A stretch of DNA of 63,958 bases, counting the filler, from Octopus bimaculoides (taxonomy: Eukaryota), in NCBI RefSeq assembly GCF_001194135.2. It is 3 parts of 3 records of this genome, joined end to end, with 100 filler letters (N's around TTAATTAATTAA, not from the genome) between each part and the next. Parts side by side here need not be neighbours in the genome. Positions count along the whole stretch, not along the records: positions 1 to 30,885 come from NC_068981.1; positions 30,986 to 61,853 come from NC_069005.1; 1 more part is not named here. The stretch is one strand, 5' to 3'. A program made the translations under genes and the position numbers. Of the stretch, positions 26,302 to 39,400 are shown one piece after another. The first letter of the stretch is position 1, and every line of letters starts with the position of its first letter. The notes beneath the pieces were generated by a model. It did no database searches and had not been told where the DNA came from. It saw only the letters and a program-made list of their open reading frames with translations.

Positions 26302-26570
26302 TGTAGTCCTCAGGGAGATTCACTGTGACATGGAATGTAACAAGGCTGGCCTTTTTAACTGGCTTCAACCATCAAATTACAGCTCAAAAATATGCCCTAA
26401 CCCACAGCAGCCATTTCAAAGTGTTGATTCACTTGAAGTTGAGAAACTGATTTCAAATTCTTTTATTTCTTTCTACTGTGACCGAGTAACAACGCTATTT
26501 TCTAACTCTTAAAAATAACTAACTTTATTTTTCCGACAGCGTGCAGCAGACCTGCAAAGTACACAACTCA

Positions 26571-26609
<39 letters not shown>

Positions 26610-27498
26610 ACACACACACACACTCTCTCTCTCTCTTACACACACACACACTCGCACACTCATACACACACAAATACACACTTTTACACACACACACTCT
26701 CTCTCTCTCTCACACACACTCACACAAATACATACTTTTACACACACTCACACACTCTCTCTGTCTCCCTCCTCTCTCTCTCTCTCTCTCTCTGGCTGGC
26801 TGGATGATGAACAACAAGCTGTTCACTACAAATGGTTTTTACATTTCCTTTTCACTTCTGTTTCTTTCTCAGATTGAATGACAGACATACCAGTCAGTTG
26901 CATATTATAAGAGTGTCTACTGTCACTACCACCACCACCACCACTACTATTAATTTGTATTTCTGTTGCTGTAGTTAAAAGCTAGTGTTAACATGTTTAA
27001 AGCAATGAGCATAAAAAGATCTAATTAAAATTAATTATATGATGAGTAAAAGACATATGCTCAATGACTACTATTTATTTTAATCATTTAATACAATTAT
27101 GGGAAACAACTTAAGATATATTTCAGTCTTATTAAACCTCATTATCATGCTTACTTAAATATTGGTTTCACATTTTGGCACAAGGCCATAAATTTCAGGA
27201 AAGGGGATTGAGTTGATTATATCGACCCCAGTGTTCAACTGGCACTTATTTTATTGACCTTGAAAGGACAAAAAAAACAAAGTAGACCTCAGTAGAATTT
27301 GAACTCAGAACATGAAAATGGATGAAATGCTGCTAGGCATTTTGCCCAGCAGGCTAACAATTCTGCCAGCTTGATGCCTTAATGCTTGCTGGAATATTGA
27401 TAAGAGAATCATTATATAAATGTACAATACTGTATATGAGTAGATGTGAAATATATTTTAAAATAAATGACAAATGTTTATTATTGCTATACCTCTGC

Positions 27499-27798
27499 TT
27501 AACCCATTACCTCCCATAATTCTGTCAAATGGAATTTTTTTATGAAACTTCTGATTTCTAGCATAAAACGGCCTTAGAAACACGCTGGAATGATCAAATT
27601 AACATTTCAAAATAACATTTTAAATAGAAATAAGCAAGATATTGGGTGAAAAATTAGCAAACCTCATTTGAATATCAGAGAAATATACCTAGTAGATATA
27701 GCAAAAAGGTTAGATATGTGTAAATATTGACAGATAATTAACGAAATTTGTAATTTTTAAGTGATCTCATATGAGATCACTGGTAGGTAATGGGTTAA
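27499..27798. mobile_element. piggyBac-like TTAA MITE, copy 2
   Basis: TTAA-cccattacct...aggtaatggg-TTAA with a perfect 10-bp TIR and TTAA TSD. Confidence 0.88.
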
Positions 27799-29421
27799 CT
27801 GGGCTATAGTCATCAATAGCTAATTAGCATATAAGTAGATGCTTTTTATATGGTACTGGCACTACTAGTAACCTCACAAGTGTTGGAGCCTTGGAAAATT
27901 TACTCAGTACATTCTATGAGACGGTTTGCATTAGGAAGGACATCCAGTCATAGAAACTATGCCGAAGCAGGTGTTACAGCTTGACTCAATCCCCTGGATT
28001 ATCAACTCGTGTCAAAACATCCAACCCATGCCAGCATGGAAAATGAACATTAAACAATGATGATGTGGTGCAACCGGATAGGTTTTTACAAAAACTAATG
28101 ACATCGAACTTGTAAAGAGAAATTGCAAACAAAATAATTAAAAGAATTAAATAGTTGGAAAATATTTACAATTAAGACTTCCTCCATATTTTTTTTTTCT
28201 TTATGATGGAAAATGGGAAGCTTTTGTCCCTTCAGGTTCACTAATTGGAACTAGCAAGAGAGCTTATATGTGACTGTTCAATGCTTAGCCTGCTAAAATA
28301 GTAGCCAAGTCTCCCACAGATTACAGCCTACTGCCTTAAGCAAAAGAGGGAGACATTGAATGTTGTAGTTCATGATACTTGGTGCCTCATAAAAAGTTAC
28401 CGTATCAGGACAATTACCCCTCTCCCTTGGTTAATTACCCCCTTTCCAATATATTAAGAAGTTTTAAATCATCATCTGTTGTCCTCAGGGGTCATTGTCC
28501 TTGGGAGGTTATTCTCCATGGGGGATGAATGTCCTGGACTCAAAGTTACACTTTTGATAATAGATTGATTCAAAATATAACCTCAAATGTAAGCACTACA
28601 CCTCTGTCCATCTCTTTTCATTACTCTGTAATGGTGAATTGGTCATCACATTGTCTTCAACTAGCAGCTCTTGTTTGGTTGACAATTTTAACCAAACACA
28701 AGCTAAATCTATACACTGGTTTTTATTATATCTTTTTTTATATTAACCCTTCCGGGTTGCATCCCTTTTTAGATATTTGTATGGACTAGTGTCTCTAAGT
28801 CACATGTTTGTGTGTACCTTAGACTACATTATTCAAAGTATCCTCTTTCATAGGTACATAGATACTTATTGATCCTTTCTGTCCCCTTTTACCCTGTTCC
28901 AATGAGTTGTTGTGCACTTGAGCACTGTTTATAACAATCTCATCATCATCATCATTATTTGAAAGGTGGTGAGTTGGCAGAATCATAAGTGCGTCAAGTA
29001 AAAGGCATTTCGTCTGCCTTTATGTTCTGAGTTCAAATTCCGCCAAGGTCAACTTGGCCTATCGTCCTTTCAGGATCAATAAAATAGGTACCAGTTGAGC
29101 ACTGGGGTCGATGTGATTGACTAAATCTTCTCCCAAAATTTCAGGCCTTGTGTCCATAATAAGAAAGAGTTATTATTATTACTTTGCCTTTCATCCTTTT
29201 GGGTTCGATAAATTAAGTACCAGTGAAACACTGGGGATCACTGCAATCAACTTGTCTCATCATCATCATCATCGTTTAACGTCCACTTCCAAGCTGGCAT
29301 GGGTTGGATGGTTTGACTGAGGACTGGCAAGCCAGGGGGCTGCACCAGGCTCCAATCTGATCTGGTAAGGTTTCTACAGCTGGATGCCCTTCCTAACACC
29401 AACCACTCTGATAGTGTAGTG

Positions 29422-29700
29422 GGTGCTTTTTAGGTGCCACCAGCATGGGAGCCAGTCAGGCAGCACTGGCATCAACCCTGCTCAAATGGTGCTTTTCACA
29501 TGCCACCAGCTAGGGACCCAGTTAGGCAGTACTGGCATCGACCAGATGCTGACATCCGTGCTGGTGGATGCTCATATGGTGCTTTTTACCTTCCACCAGC
29601 ACGGAAGCCAGTCCAGTGGAACTGGCATCGACCACACTCAAATGGTGCTTTTTACGTTCCACCAGCACGGGTGCCAGTCAGGCAGTACTGGCATCACCCA
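29422..29700. repeat. Four diverged ~66-bp tandem units inside an RTE-tail-derived element
   Basis: Units start ggtgctttt at 29422, 29488, 29578 and 29644. Each contains gccagt...actggc or a variant of it. Confidence 0.8.
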
Positions 29701-30424
29701 CAACAATGATTTCACTTGACTCAACAGGTCTTCTCAAGCAGAGCATATTGCCTAATGATTGTAGGGTACTCTTAAATGGACTGGTTATGCAACACTGGCA
29801 TAGGTCTCACTTGGCTTGCCAGGTCTTCTCAAGCACATCCTCCTACAAAATTTCATGCTTTTGCCTGTAGTAGAAAGGATGATGATGATGATGATGATGG
29901 TGATAACATTTATTTTACATGTTAGTATTCATAACAGTCAGTAGTGTAAAATACATTCAAATATTGATTTCTTACATTAGTATAATGCTAGAAATTCGGT
30001 GGGAGGGGAAAGGAACAGTCAATTATATTGAGCCAGTACTTGACTGGCACTTCACTTTATCGATCTCAAGAGAATGAAAGGCAAATATCAGGCACAATTT
30101 TGTTTTCAAAACAATTTATCTTTCACTCTCATATTCAAAATAAATTTCTTATAATCGTGTAATGGAATGAAAGTGTGGATTACATCAAGTTTAACCTTCC
30201 ATCTTTAATGTTACTTCTGTTGGCATTTAATTTGTGTTATAGTATTGGTTATATTCAAGAACTGATTATGAATTTTATATGAATATGCTCTACACTGTAG
30301 CATAATAGCAACTTAACAAATTATATATATGTGTGTGTGTGTGTGTACATGCCTATATATCATATATACATATATATCAATATATATATATATACATGTA
30401 CACACACAAACACGCAAACATATG

Positions 30425-30463
<39 letters not shown>

Positions 30464-30577
30464 TCAAGGGAGAGCCAAAAGGTAATGGAAATAAAGATTG
30501 CATTATTTTTTGATTCACCTTCGTGTGTGTGTGCGTGCATGCATGTGTGTGTACATGTACACACACACGTGTGTATA

Positions 30578-30885
30578 TCATCATCATCGTTTAACGTCCG
30601 CTTTCCATGCTAGCATGGGTTGGACGATTTGACTGAGGACTGGTGAAACCAGATGGCTACACCAGGCTCCAATCTGATTTGGCAGAGTTTCTACAGCTGG
30701 ATGCCCTTCTTAACACCAACCACTCAGAGAGTGTAGTGGGTGCTTTTACGTGCCACCCGCACAAGGCCAGTCAAGAGGTACTGGCAACGGCCACGCTCAA
30801 ATGGTGTATTTTATGTGCCACCCGCACAAGAGCCAGTCCAGGGGCACTGGCAATGATCTCGCTCGAAAGTCCATTACACATGCCA
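30578..30885 (-). mobile_element. Inverted copy of the RTE-tail element, truncated at the scaffold end
   Basis: Begins catcatcatcgtttaacgtccgctttccatgc and is highly similar to the reverse complement of about 25680-25992. Confidence 0.8.
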
Positions 30886-30985
30886 NNNNNNNNNNNNNNN
30901 NNNNNNNNNNNNNNNNNNNNNNNNNNNNNTTAATTAATTAANNNNNNNNNNNNNNNNNNNNNNNNNNNNNNNNNNNNNNNNNNNN
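30886..30985. other. Artificial scaffold-join spacer
   Basis: Exactly 44 N + TTAATTAATTAA + 44 N = 100 bp. The 12-mer places stops in all six frames. Confidence 0.95.
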
Positions 30986-31039
30986 TATATATACATACAC
31001 ACATACAGACCATATTTTACAAGAATATAACCAACAGAT

Positions 31040-31430
31040 ATATCTAAATTCGCCCCTGCCGCCACCACCACTGCCGTCGGCGCCGGCACGCCGCCGCCGC
31101 CGACGACGATGACGACTACCACGAAGAAGACAACGACGAAGAAGACAACGACGACGACAACGACCACCACCACCACCACCACCACAGGCAGGAAGAGCAG
31201 CAACGAATAAAGAGCTACAAGAATATCAGTAACAAAACACTGCAATCTCTAACTAAAGCACGTGGAAACCAATTATGAAAGCATCTTCAATATCACCACC
31301 ACCATTGCCGCCGCCGCAACAGCAGCAGCAACCACCAACATTACCACCACTATCACAACAACGGCTCTAATCTATCATGTTCAATGGTACACATCATCAT
31401 CGTCATCACCACCACCACCAGCACCACCGC
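31040..31430. repeat. GC-rich low-complexity trinucleotide mosaic (CCG/ACG/ACC/CAT)
   Basis: Runs of ccgccg, gacgac, accacc and catcat. No recognisable protein. Confidence 0.75.
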
Positions 31431-31989
31431 AATCGTTTTCATTGACCGTTGACCATCCTCAATACAACCGTTTTCTATTCGGTCTCCAAGAACTGGTTTG
31501 TCCCAACAGCTTTAGCAAGTTCCATTGCTTGACAACCGATGCTGGTGTGTTTATGTCTCCGTAACTTAACGGTTCGGCAAAAAGAGCCCGATAGAATAAG
31601 TACTAGGCTTCCAAAGAATAAGCCCTGGGGTCGATTTGCTCGACTAAAGGTGGTACTCCAGAATGGCCGCAGTCAAATGACTGAAACAAGTAAAAGTGTG
31701 TTCAGATCAGTGCTTGGAATCGAACTCGGAATCTCGGGATTAGTGGCTCGCACTCTTAACCACTACGCCGTATGCCCATGGGCAGTTATTGAGTGAATTT
31801 TAGGGCTTATAAATCTAAGATTTTTCTATTCGAAGGATAGAAAAATTTTGTTATTGCAGCTATCCTTGTTGTTATTGCTGCTATCCTGCTGTTTAGCTCC
31901 TGTTTTTTTTATGCTATTGTTTCACAATATTGATGCATTAACCACTTCAATTTCGGTTCCCATCATGTCGCAGTCCGGTGTCTTGAACG

Positions 31990-32690
31990 AGAATTATTTT
32001 TGTCCCCTATCATATAAACCTCCCTTTCTACTGATTAGGTCTTTCCTTACTTTAGCTTCTACGTGGATAGTTCTTGCAGGACCGAATACACGAGCCCCCT
32101 ATATTGTGCCCACACACAGATAACGATCCAGCTTTCCAAAGTTTACTCTCAGATCTTCGATAACAACTCTCAAGACCCCAATTATAGTTTGCTCTATCAT
32201 CACTTTATTATACTCTTTGTGCTCGCATGAAAGAATTCCATACTTCAGGCTGATAGAATATTCAGCCTTTTTCTTTTTAGCTTTTTCGTGATTCCTGTGT
32301 CAAATCGACATGCCAATGTCAAATACACATTCTTCTCCTTATCAACCACAACAATATCCGGCTTTTTATATTCGATTCCTCATTCGGGTTTTTTCTTTTT
32401 TTTCGTGTATTGGAAATTCCCATATCAACCTCACTTCCTTGTTTTCAAGGACTTTCATACATGACGTAACGCTTTCTTCTTCAACTAAATCTGAACCGCT
32501 TCCGAAAATTCTGTTGAAGTATTTCAGCAAACTTCTCACGCCTAAAATATTGGACTCGTTTCGTCTGCCAACTATAGTCATCCTGATACAATGTGGGCAA
32601 AAGTTCATTCTTAGCCGAGCAGATTCAGCATTTGAGTGAACCAACAAATTTACTTGTCATACTGTCGACACAACGCACCCATAAGTTTCA
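31990..32690 (-). mobile_element. Decayed 3' region of a restriction-like-endonuclease (RLE) non-LTR retrotransposon (R4/Dong/NeSL-type)
   Basis: With frameshifts it reads ENKEVRLIWEFPI...KKPDIVVVDKEK.CVFDI.ACRFDTGI...KKAEYSISLKYGILSC...KVMIEQTIIGVLRVV, the PD..D..K RLE signature. Confidence 0.75.
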
Positions 32691-34287
32691 CATTACGTCC
32701 TGATTGTTAATTCCAACCGTTTCTTCCTCTTTTTTTTTCTATGTTAACTATATCCAACTATCCGTGCTATCTCTATTTCTTTTGTCCGTTAGATAAATAA
32801 ATAAATGAATAAACTGAATGGAGGTTTCATTTTCCTCAGTACTAGGCAGAATGTCTCCCCCGGCTACAGGCCCAATTGCTACCGTGGGCAACTTTGTCCT
32901 TCCGTTCCTTTGGGTTCAATAAAAAACGTATAAATCATGGCCAGTGTAGTAACTTAACTGTAAGTTGTCGGGAAGAGTTTTGCAGTAACTGTTCCAAAGA
33001 TTCTTTTGCGTTCTGCGAGTATTCTTGCAACAGCATGATGCCAAGCTGCATCGACCTTGAAACAGTGGAATTTTGATTGAACATCGACGGTGGCATGGAG
33101 AAGGAAGACATACATGTATAAGCATTTATATGTTTTCTACAAAAGAACTTTCTGAGGCATGAGCATTCAGATGCGGCTGGGAGGCAAACCTTCTCCGATG
33201 GAATCCCCGAATGAGTCAAATGCTCTTCGGTTTTTACTTTGGGTTTAGGATTCATAGTGCCGGTTACTCAGTCTGCATGGCTTATAAGTGACAGAGATCT
33301 CAACATCTTCCTTGAACTGGATGGTTGTCCGTTGAAGGGTTATTCATTTACATCTAGCTGAACACCGACCTCCTTAAGAGGTCGATAAAAATAAGATACC
33401 AGTAACGTGTTGAGGTCTATGTATTCGACGTAGCCGGCACCTTATATGAAAATTTAAACCATTATTTTGTTTAAATTCTGACACAAGGCCAGCAAGTTCG
33501 GGGAGAGTGTAAGTCGATAATATCAATCTCGGTGCTCAACCGCACTACATCTTTTATTGATCCCAAAAGGATAGAAGGAAAAATCGATATCGGCGAAATT
33601 TGAACTCACAACGTAAAGACGGACGAAATGACACTAAGCACTTCGCCTGCGGTGCTAACAATTCCGCCAACTCGCCGCGTTATTAATAGTATAAATTATT
33701 ACAATAACAAATTTAAAAAAAAACACTTAGTCAATAATAAATTCATATTGGCAGGATTTGAAACCAGAACTTTTAAGATGGGTTTAAATCTTACACCGTA
33801 TTTCATGAAAGAATTCCAGTAGTTCTTCAGTCTAACGGTCTTAGAATTCACAAAAGAATCTACAATAAAGCTATCCTCATGATTCCAGGCAGATGTTTCT
33901 CATCAGAGCAAGCACGTGTTATCGAAATTTGCTAGACTTAGTGAATGCGTAGCGAAAGACATGTGGAATCACAGGAGAAAAGCGTTCCATATTTCCTCCA
34001 TTGCTTCATCCTCTTCCAGCTTTAGAAAATATTTAATTATTTTTTCCTCATGCATGCTTTCGAATTTTCATATGAATGCTTACATTACTCGCAATTGAAT
34101 CATTACCAGTTAATACCTACATACATACACACATACACATATGTATATCTATGCATGTGCACACCGATATATATGTATATATATATAGAGAGAGAGAGAT
34201 GCATATATATATGTGTGTGCGTGTGTGCATATGTATGTGTATATATATTATATATATATTATGTGTGTCACTATATATGGATATACT

Positions 34288-34336
<49 letters not shown>

Positions 34337-34482
34337 ACACACACATATATATCTGTATATATACATATGTTTGTTTTTCAACTTAAATTCTATATCCGTG
34401 TAGTTTAATTTCACGCCATTCCATTTAAAATATCGATAAAAGCCTAATATTCTCTCAGTGTAGCAATTTTTGAATATATATC

Positions 34483-34544
<62 letters not shown>

Positions 34545-34800
34545 TGTGTGTGTGTGTGTGTGAGTGAGTGTTCACACACACACACACACACACCGACATA
34601 TCCACGTATACATAAACGCACGCATGCGCACGTGCACGTATTTAAATAATGGCAATGTGCTTAACGATGAAAACTAATGAAATAACCAGATGGCGCTATA
34701 GTAACATCGATTGGCATTATTATATATTTGATTATCTCTGCTGTGCATGCGCTTGTATGCATGAGAATGCACTCGTACTCTCATGCGCATGGTATTGCTC

Positions 34801-34860
<60 letters not shown>

Positions 34861-36045
34861 ATCTATCTTTTTACGTACATAGTATGTCTTCACTTGCGCA
34901 ATCGAAGTTTCTGGATGGATATCGGCGCTTATACAAATATGAATGACAAGTGCAGCTGCTCAAAATTACGTCATAAACGAAAAACGAAACAAAGCGCGAG
35001 ATTGGAGCAAACGCTTGGTGTGTGCGCGTGTGTGTGTGTGTGTGTGTGCGTGTGTGCGTGTGTCTGTGTTTGTGCATCTGTGTGCATATGTGTGTGTGTG
35101 TGTTTATATGTATTTGTGAGTGTATGTATGTGTGTCTATGTGTGTGTGTAATTGTGTGCGTATGTGTCCATGTGTGTGTATGTTTATGTGTATGCGTATG
35201 TGTGTGTGTGTGTGTGTGTGTGTGTCTGTAATAAAGTTTGATCATGTTGTATGTACAATACATTACCGTTATTTTTTATTATTTCTTGCAGTAACTTGAG
35301 TGCGGCCATGATGGGGCACCACCTTGAAGGGTTTTAGTCGAGGAAATGGACCCTATTTGCTTTCTAACACATAATTTGTTTTTCTATACGTCTCTTGAGG
35401 TGAACCGCTAAGTTACCGGTGCATGGCTGCATTCTAAGAGCTGGAACAAGTAAAAACATAAAATAGCGAAATAATTAATTCAGTACAAGTATAGATTTAA
35501 TTACTGGACAAAAATTACTTTCCCGGGAGCACGGCGGTTGATGTCCATAGAACACAGTTATTGATGGAGTTCTGAACTACTTTCTTATTCATTATCATTT
35601 AATCTAATCGCTGTATGGTGTGTTATATAACGTTCGATATGATCAAATTAATTTATCTGGGTTTAAATAGATACAATGAGACGGTGTCAGTCAAAGAATA
35701 CATCCGCTTCAAATGGTACCGAACTTGACGATGGCCAACTAGTTTAATATCATGATCACCGTGTTATAGAGCCGCAAGAATAATTTCACATTTAATTTCT
35801 GACATGACTATATTTGTCAGTCGTACCTCTTGAAATCAATCAAAGATAGAAGGAACTTTAGAAGTTATAAGCTATTTTACTAGTAGCCATACAACCTATG
35901 TAATTATTTACACAGCAAGGGGTTTGAATTAATATAAATCTAGCTTCATACATACACACGCGAATGTTGATCTCTATATCTGTGTATGCATATATATATA
36001 TTATATGTGTGTGTGTTTGTGTGCATGTGTATGGTTGTATATCTG

Positions 36046-36088
<43 letters not shown>

Positions 36089-36929
36089 NNNNNNNNNNNN
36101 NNNNNNNNNNNNNNNNNNNNNNNNNNNNNNNNNNNNNNNNNNNNNNNNNNNNNNNNNNNNNNNNNNNNNNNNNNNNNNNNNNNNNNNNNNNNNNNNNNNN
36201 NNNNNNNNNNNNNNNNNNNNNNNNNNNNNNNNNNNNNNNNNNNNNNNNNNNNNNNNNNNNNNNNNNNNNNNNNNNNNNNNNNNNNNNNNNNNNNNNNNNN
36301 NNNNNNNNNNNNNNNNNNNNNNNNNNNNNNNNNNNNNNNNNNNNNNNNNNNNNNNNNNNNNNNNNNNNNNNNNNNNNNNNNNNNNNNNNNNNNNNNNNNN
36401 NNNNNNNNNNNNNNNNNNNNNNNNNNNNNNNNNNNNNNNNNNNNNNNNNNNNNNNNNNNNNNNNNNNNNNNNNNNNNNNNNNNNNNNNNNNNNNNNNNNN
36501 NNNNNNNNNNNNNNNNNNNNNNNNNNNNNNNNNNNNNNNNNNNNNNNNNNNNNNNNNNNNNNNNNNNNNNNNNNNNNNNNNNNNNNNNNNNNNNNNNNNN
36601 NNNNNNNNNNNNNNNNNNNNNNNNNTATATATATATGGATATATACGTATATATCTGTATGTATATATATATATATACACACACGCATGTATGTATGTAT
36701 GTATATATGTATGTATGAACATGTGTATGTAATTATTCTTCTGAAACAGAGAAATTCAGTTAGTCTTGTTGTGGTATCTGTAGACGCTCTAAAATAGATT
36801 CCCAGAGTTTAATGTTTTTAGCGTTGAATGAGATTAAATCGCAACGAATGCTCCCCCTCCAAGAATCTCTTCCAAAGCAAATACACAGTCACACACACGG
36901 ACACAAGCATATAGACACACGCACACACC

Positions 36930-36968
<39 letters not shown>

Positions 36969-37295
36969 AGACTACCATGTGTGTCCAAATGAAAAGAAGT
37001 TCATAATTCTCAGAAATTGCAGTCATAGAGAATACAGAGTACGAGGGACAGAGTGATTGTACAAGTTGTTTGGGAAATTGGAGGTGTATGAACTCAAGGA
37101 ACATTAAGCGAAGTCCAAATTGTGCTGCAAGCCGCTTTGGTTGGCAACCAAGTGATCCCACGTTCGATATCACTGAATACCATTAATGTCACATTTTTTT
37201 AGTAGAATTTCGTAGATCGAAACTACGATGAAATACCCCCCCCCATATATATATGTATAAAATATAGTAAGTAGAGGGCTGTAATNNNNNNNNNN

Positions 37296-37329
<34 letters not shown>

Positions 37330-38212
37330 AATGACTGAGCACTCCACAGACACGCGTGCTCCTAACGCAGTTCTCAGGGAGACTCAGCTTGAAATACACG
37401 TACAACTCATTTGTTACCCGACTGAGTAGACTGGATCAAAGTGAAATAAAGTGTCTTGCTCAAGGACACAGTGCCTCACTTGTCACATTGCTTATTTATT
37501 CACATTATCTTGGGTCAGTGTTGTAGTGTCTCGTAGCTTCAAGATTTTGATGGTCTGATTGTTTATTTTGAGAATGGAATTATAGGGCACGCATGAGAGG
37601 CTGGAACTGCCCTGTTTAAACTTAAAACAAGTAGAATATTTGGGCCTTGAATGTTCGGTTTAACTGCTTGAAGGATCAAGGGCGGAACGCTTTCATCTTA
37701 ACATTGGGACTCGAGCAAAATGCCATCTTGTTACATCGAATATTTGTAGGTATCAGCGAAATGGCAAATGCGATTGGAGAAAAGAACATTTTCCGTTACA
37801 CATTTTGTTTTTCAGGAATCACATGAAACCGTATATCCCATGGGCAACATAAAACGTTTTAATGGCAAAATTTCAATACTATGTCCATGGCTATCATGTC
37901 GGTTGTGATTACAACCAGAAACCGACCTGCTCACTGTCCCATATAATGTAAGATATTTTATTTTGCACAATGACTTTGTATAGAGAGCAAGTGACGAGGA
38001 AAAAATAAGTGTAGTCGACACGACATTCAACGAATTTGCACATAGCACGTATATTTTTATTAAGTCGATACACGTATCACATTTATTGTTTCAGAAACGT
38101 TTTATGAAAAATATGCCATACCATTACATTATTCCAATGCGTCTGGGTTTGATAAATGTACACGCACGCACACACACACACAATTCACATATATGTGTGC
38201 ATGTATATATCC

Positions 38213-38244
<32 letters not shown>

Positions 38245-39349
38245 GTATAATTATATATNNNNNNNNNNNNNNNNNNNNNNNNNNNNNNNNNNNNNNNNNN
38301 NNNNNNNNNNNNNNNNNNNNNNNNNNNNNNNNNNNNNNNNNNNNNNNNNNNNNNNNNNNNNNNNNNNNNNNNNNNNNNNNNNNNNNNNNNNNNNNNNNNN
38401 NNNNNNNNNNNNNNNNNNNNNNNNNNNNNNNNNNNNNNNNNNNNNNNNNNNNNNNNNNNNNNNNNNNNNNNNNNNNNNNNNNNNNNNNNNNNNNNNNNNN
38501 NNNNNNNNNNNNNNNNNNNNNNNNNNNNNNNNNNNNNNNNNNNNNNNNNNNNNNNNNATATATATATATAAAGAGATATGTAAATATAGAGAGCGAGGTG
38601 TAGAGAGGGAGCGACAGAGAGAGAGTGAAAATGATTGAGAGAAAGAGAGAGAGTGCGTGTTTGTATGTGCGTGTGTGTGTGTGTGTGTTTGTGTGTGTGA
38701 GTATGTGTGTGAAACCGGTGGAGTTATGTCCAAAACTGGTCAAGCATTGATGTTATTTGAAACTCTTTTCGTGTGGATCAATAAAGCCGAAATATGTTGG
38801 AAAATAGAAATAAAATATATGAAAAAATATATAATGCATTATTCTCATGCAGTCTTTTGATAAGCTAAACAAACGATCAGAATATAATATCGAACTAATG
38901 CGAATAACTGAGAATTATATTTCACCTGCTAACTGGTCAATTCTGTATTTGAACGAGACTTTTAGCTGCAAAATGATTACACACACGCCATTACAACGAA
39001 ACGATAACATGGCGAAATTCATCAAAGACCATAGATTGTATCTTTTTTTAACTTTTACTTGCTCGCGTCATTGCATAACGGCCATGCTGGGGGGTACCGC
39101 CATGAAGTTTTTAATCGAACAACTTTTTAATATTTGTACGTATTGTCTCGGTACGAACGGATCGATTTCAAGTACTTAGTTTTTCGAAGCCTGGTACTGT
39201 GAACTTTTTAACCGAACAGCTTAGTTTAGAGAAGTAAACAAACCAATAACGGTTGCCAATCGATGTTGGATAAATGGACGCACACACACACTCACACACA
39301 CACGTATATGTCGTGTAATATATGGATATATATATATATATATATACAT

Positions 39350-39400
<51 letters not shown>

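Noticed and set aside
26800-26900. Box C-like ATGATGA suggesting a C/D snoRNA
   Set aside because: No downstream D box (CTGA) at a suitable distance and no terminal stem.
29422-29700. CRISPR-like repeat/spacer appearance
   Set aside because: Eukaryotic context, diverged units without unique spacers, and it lies inside a retroelement-derived repeat.
36990-37190. Open frame EIAVIENTEYEGQSDCTSCLGNWRCMNSR...
   Set aside because: No family match recognised, and the opposite strand is equally open, so it cannot be supported as coding.
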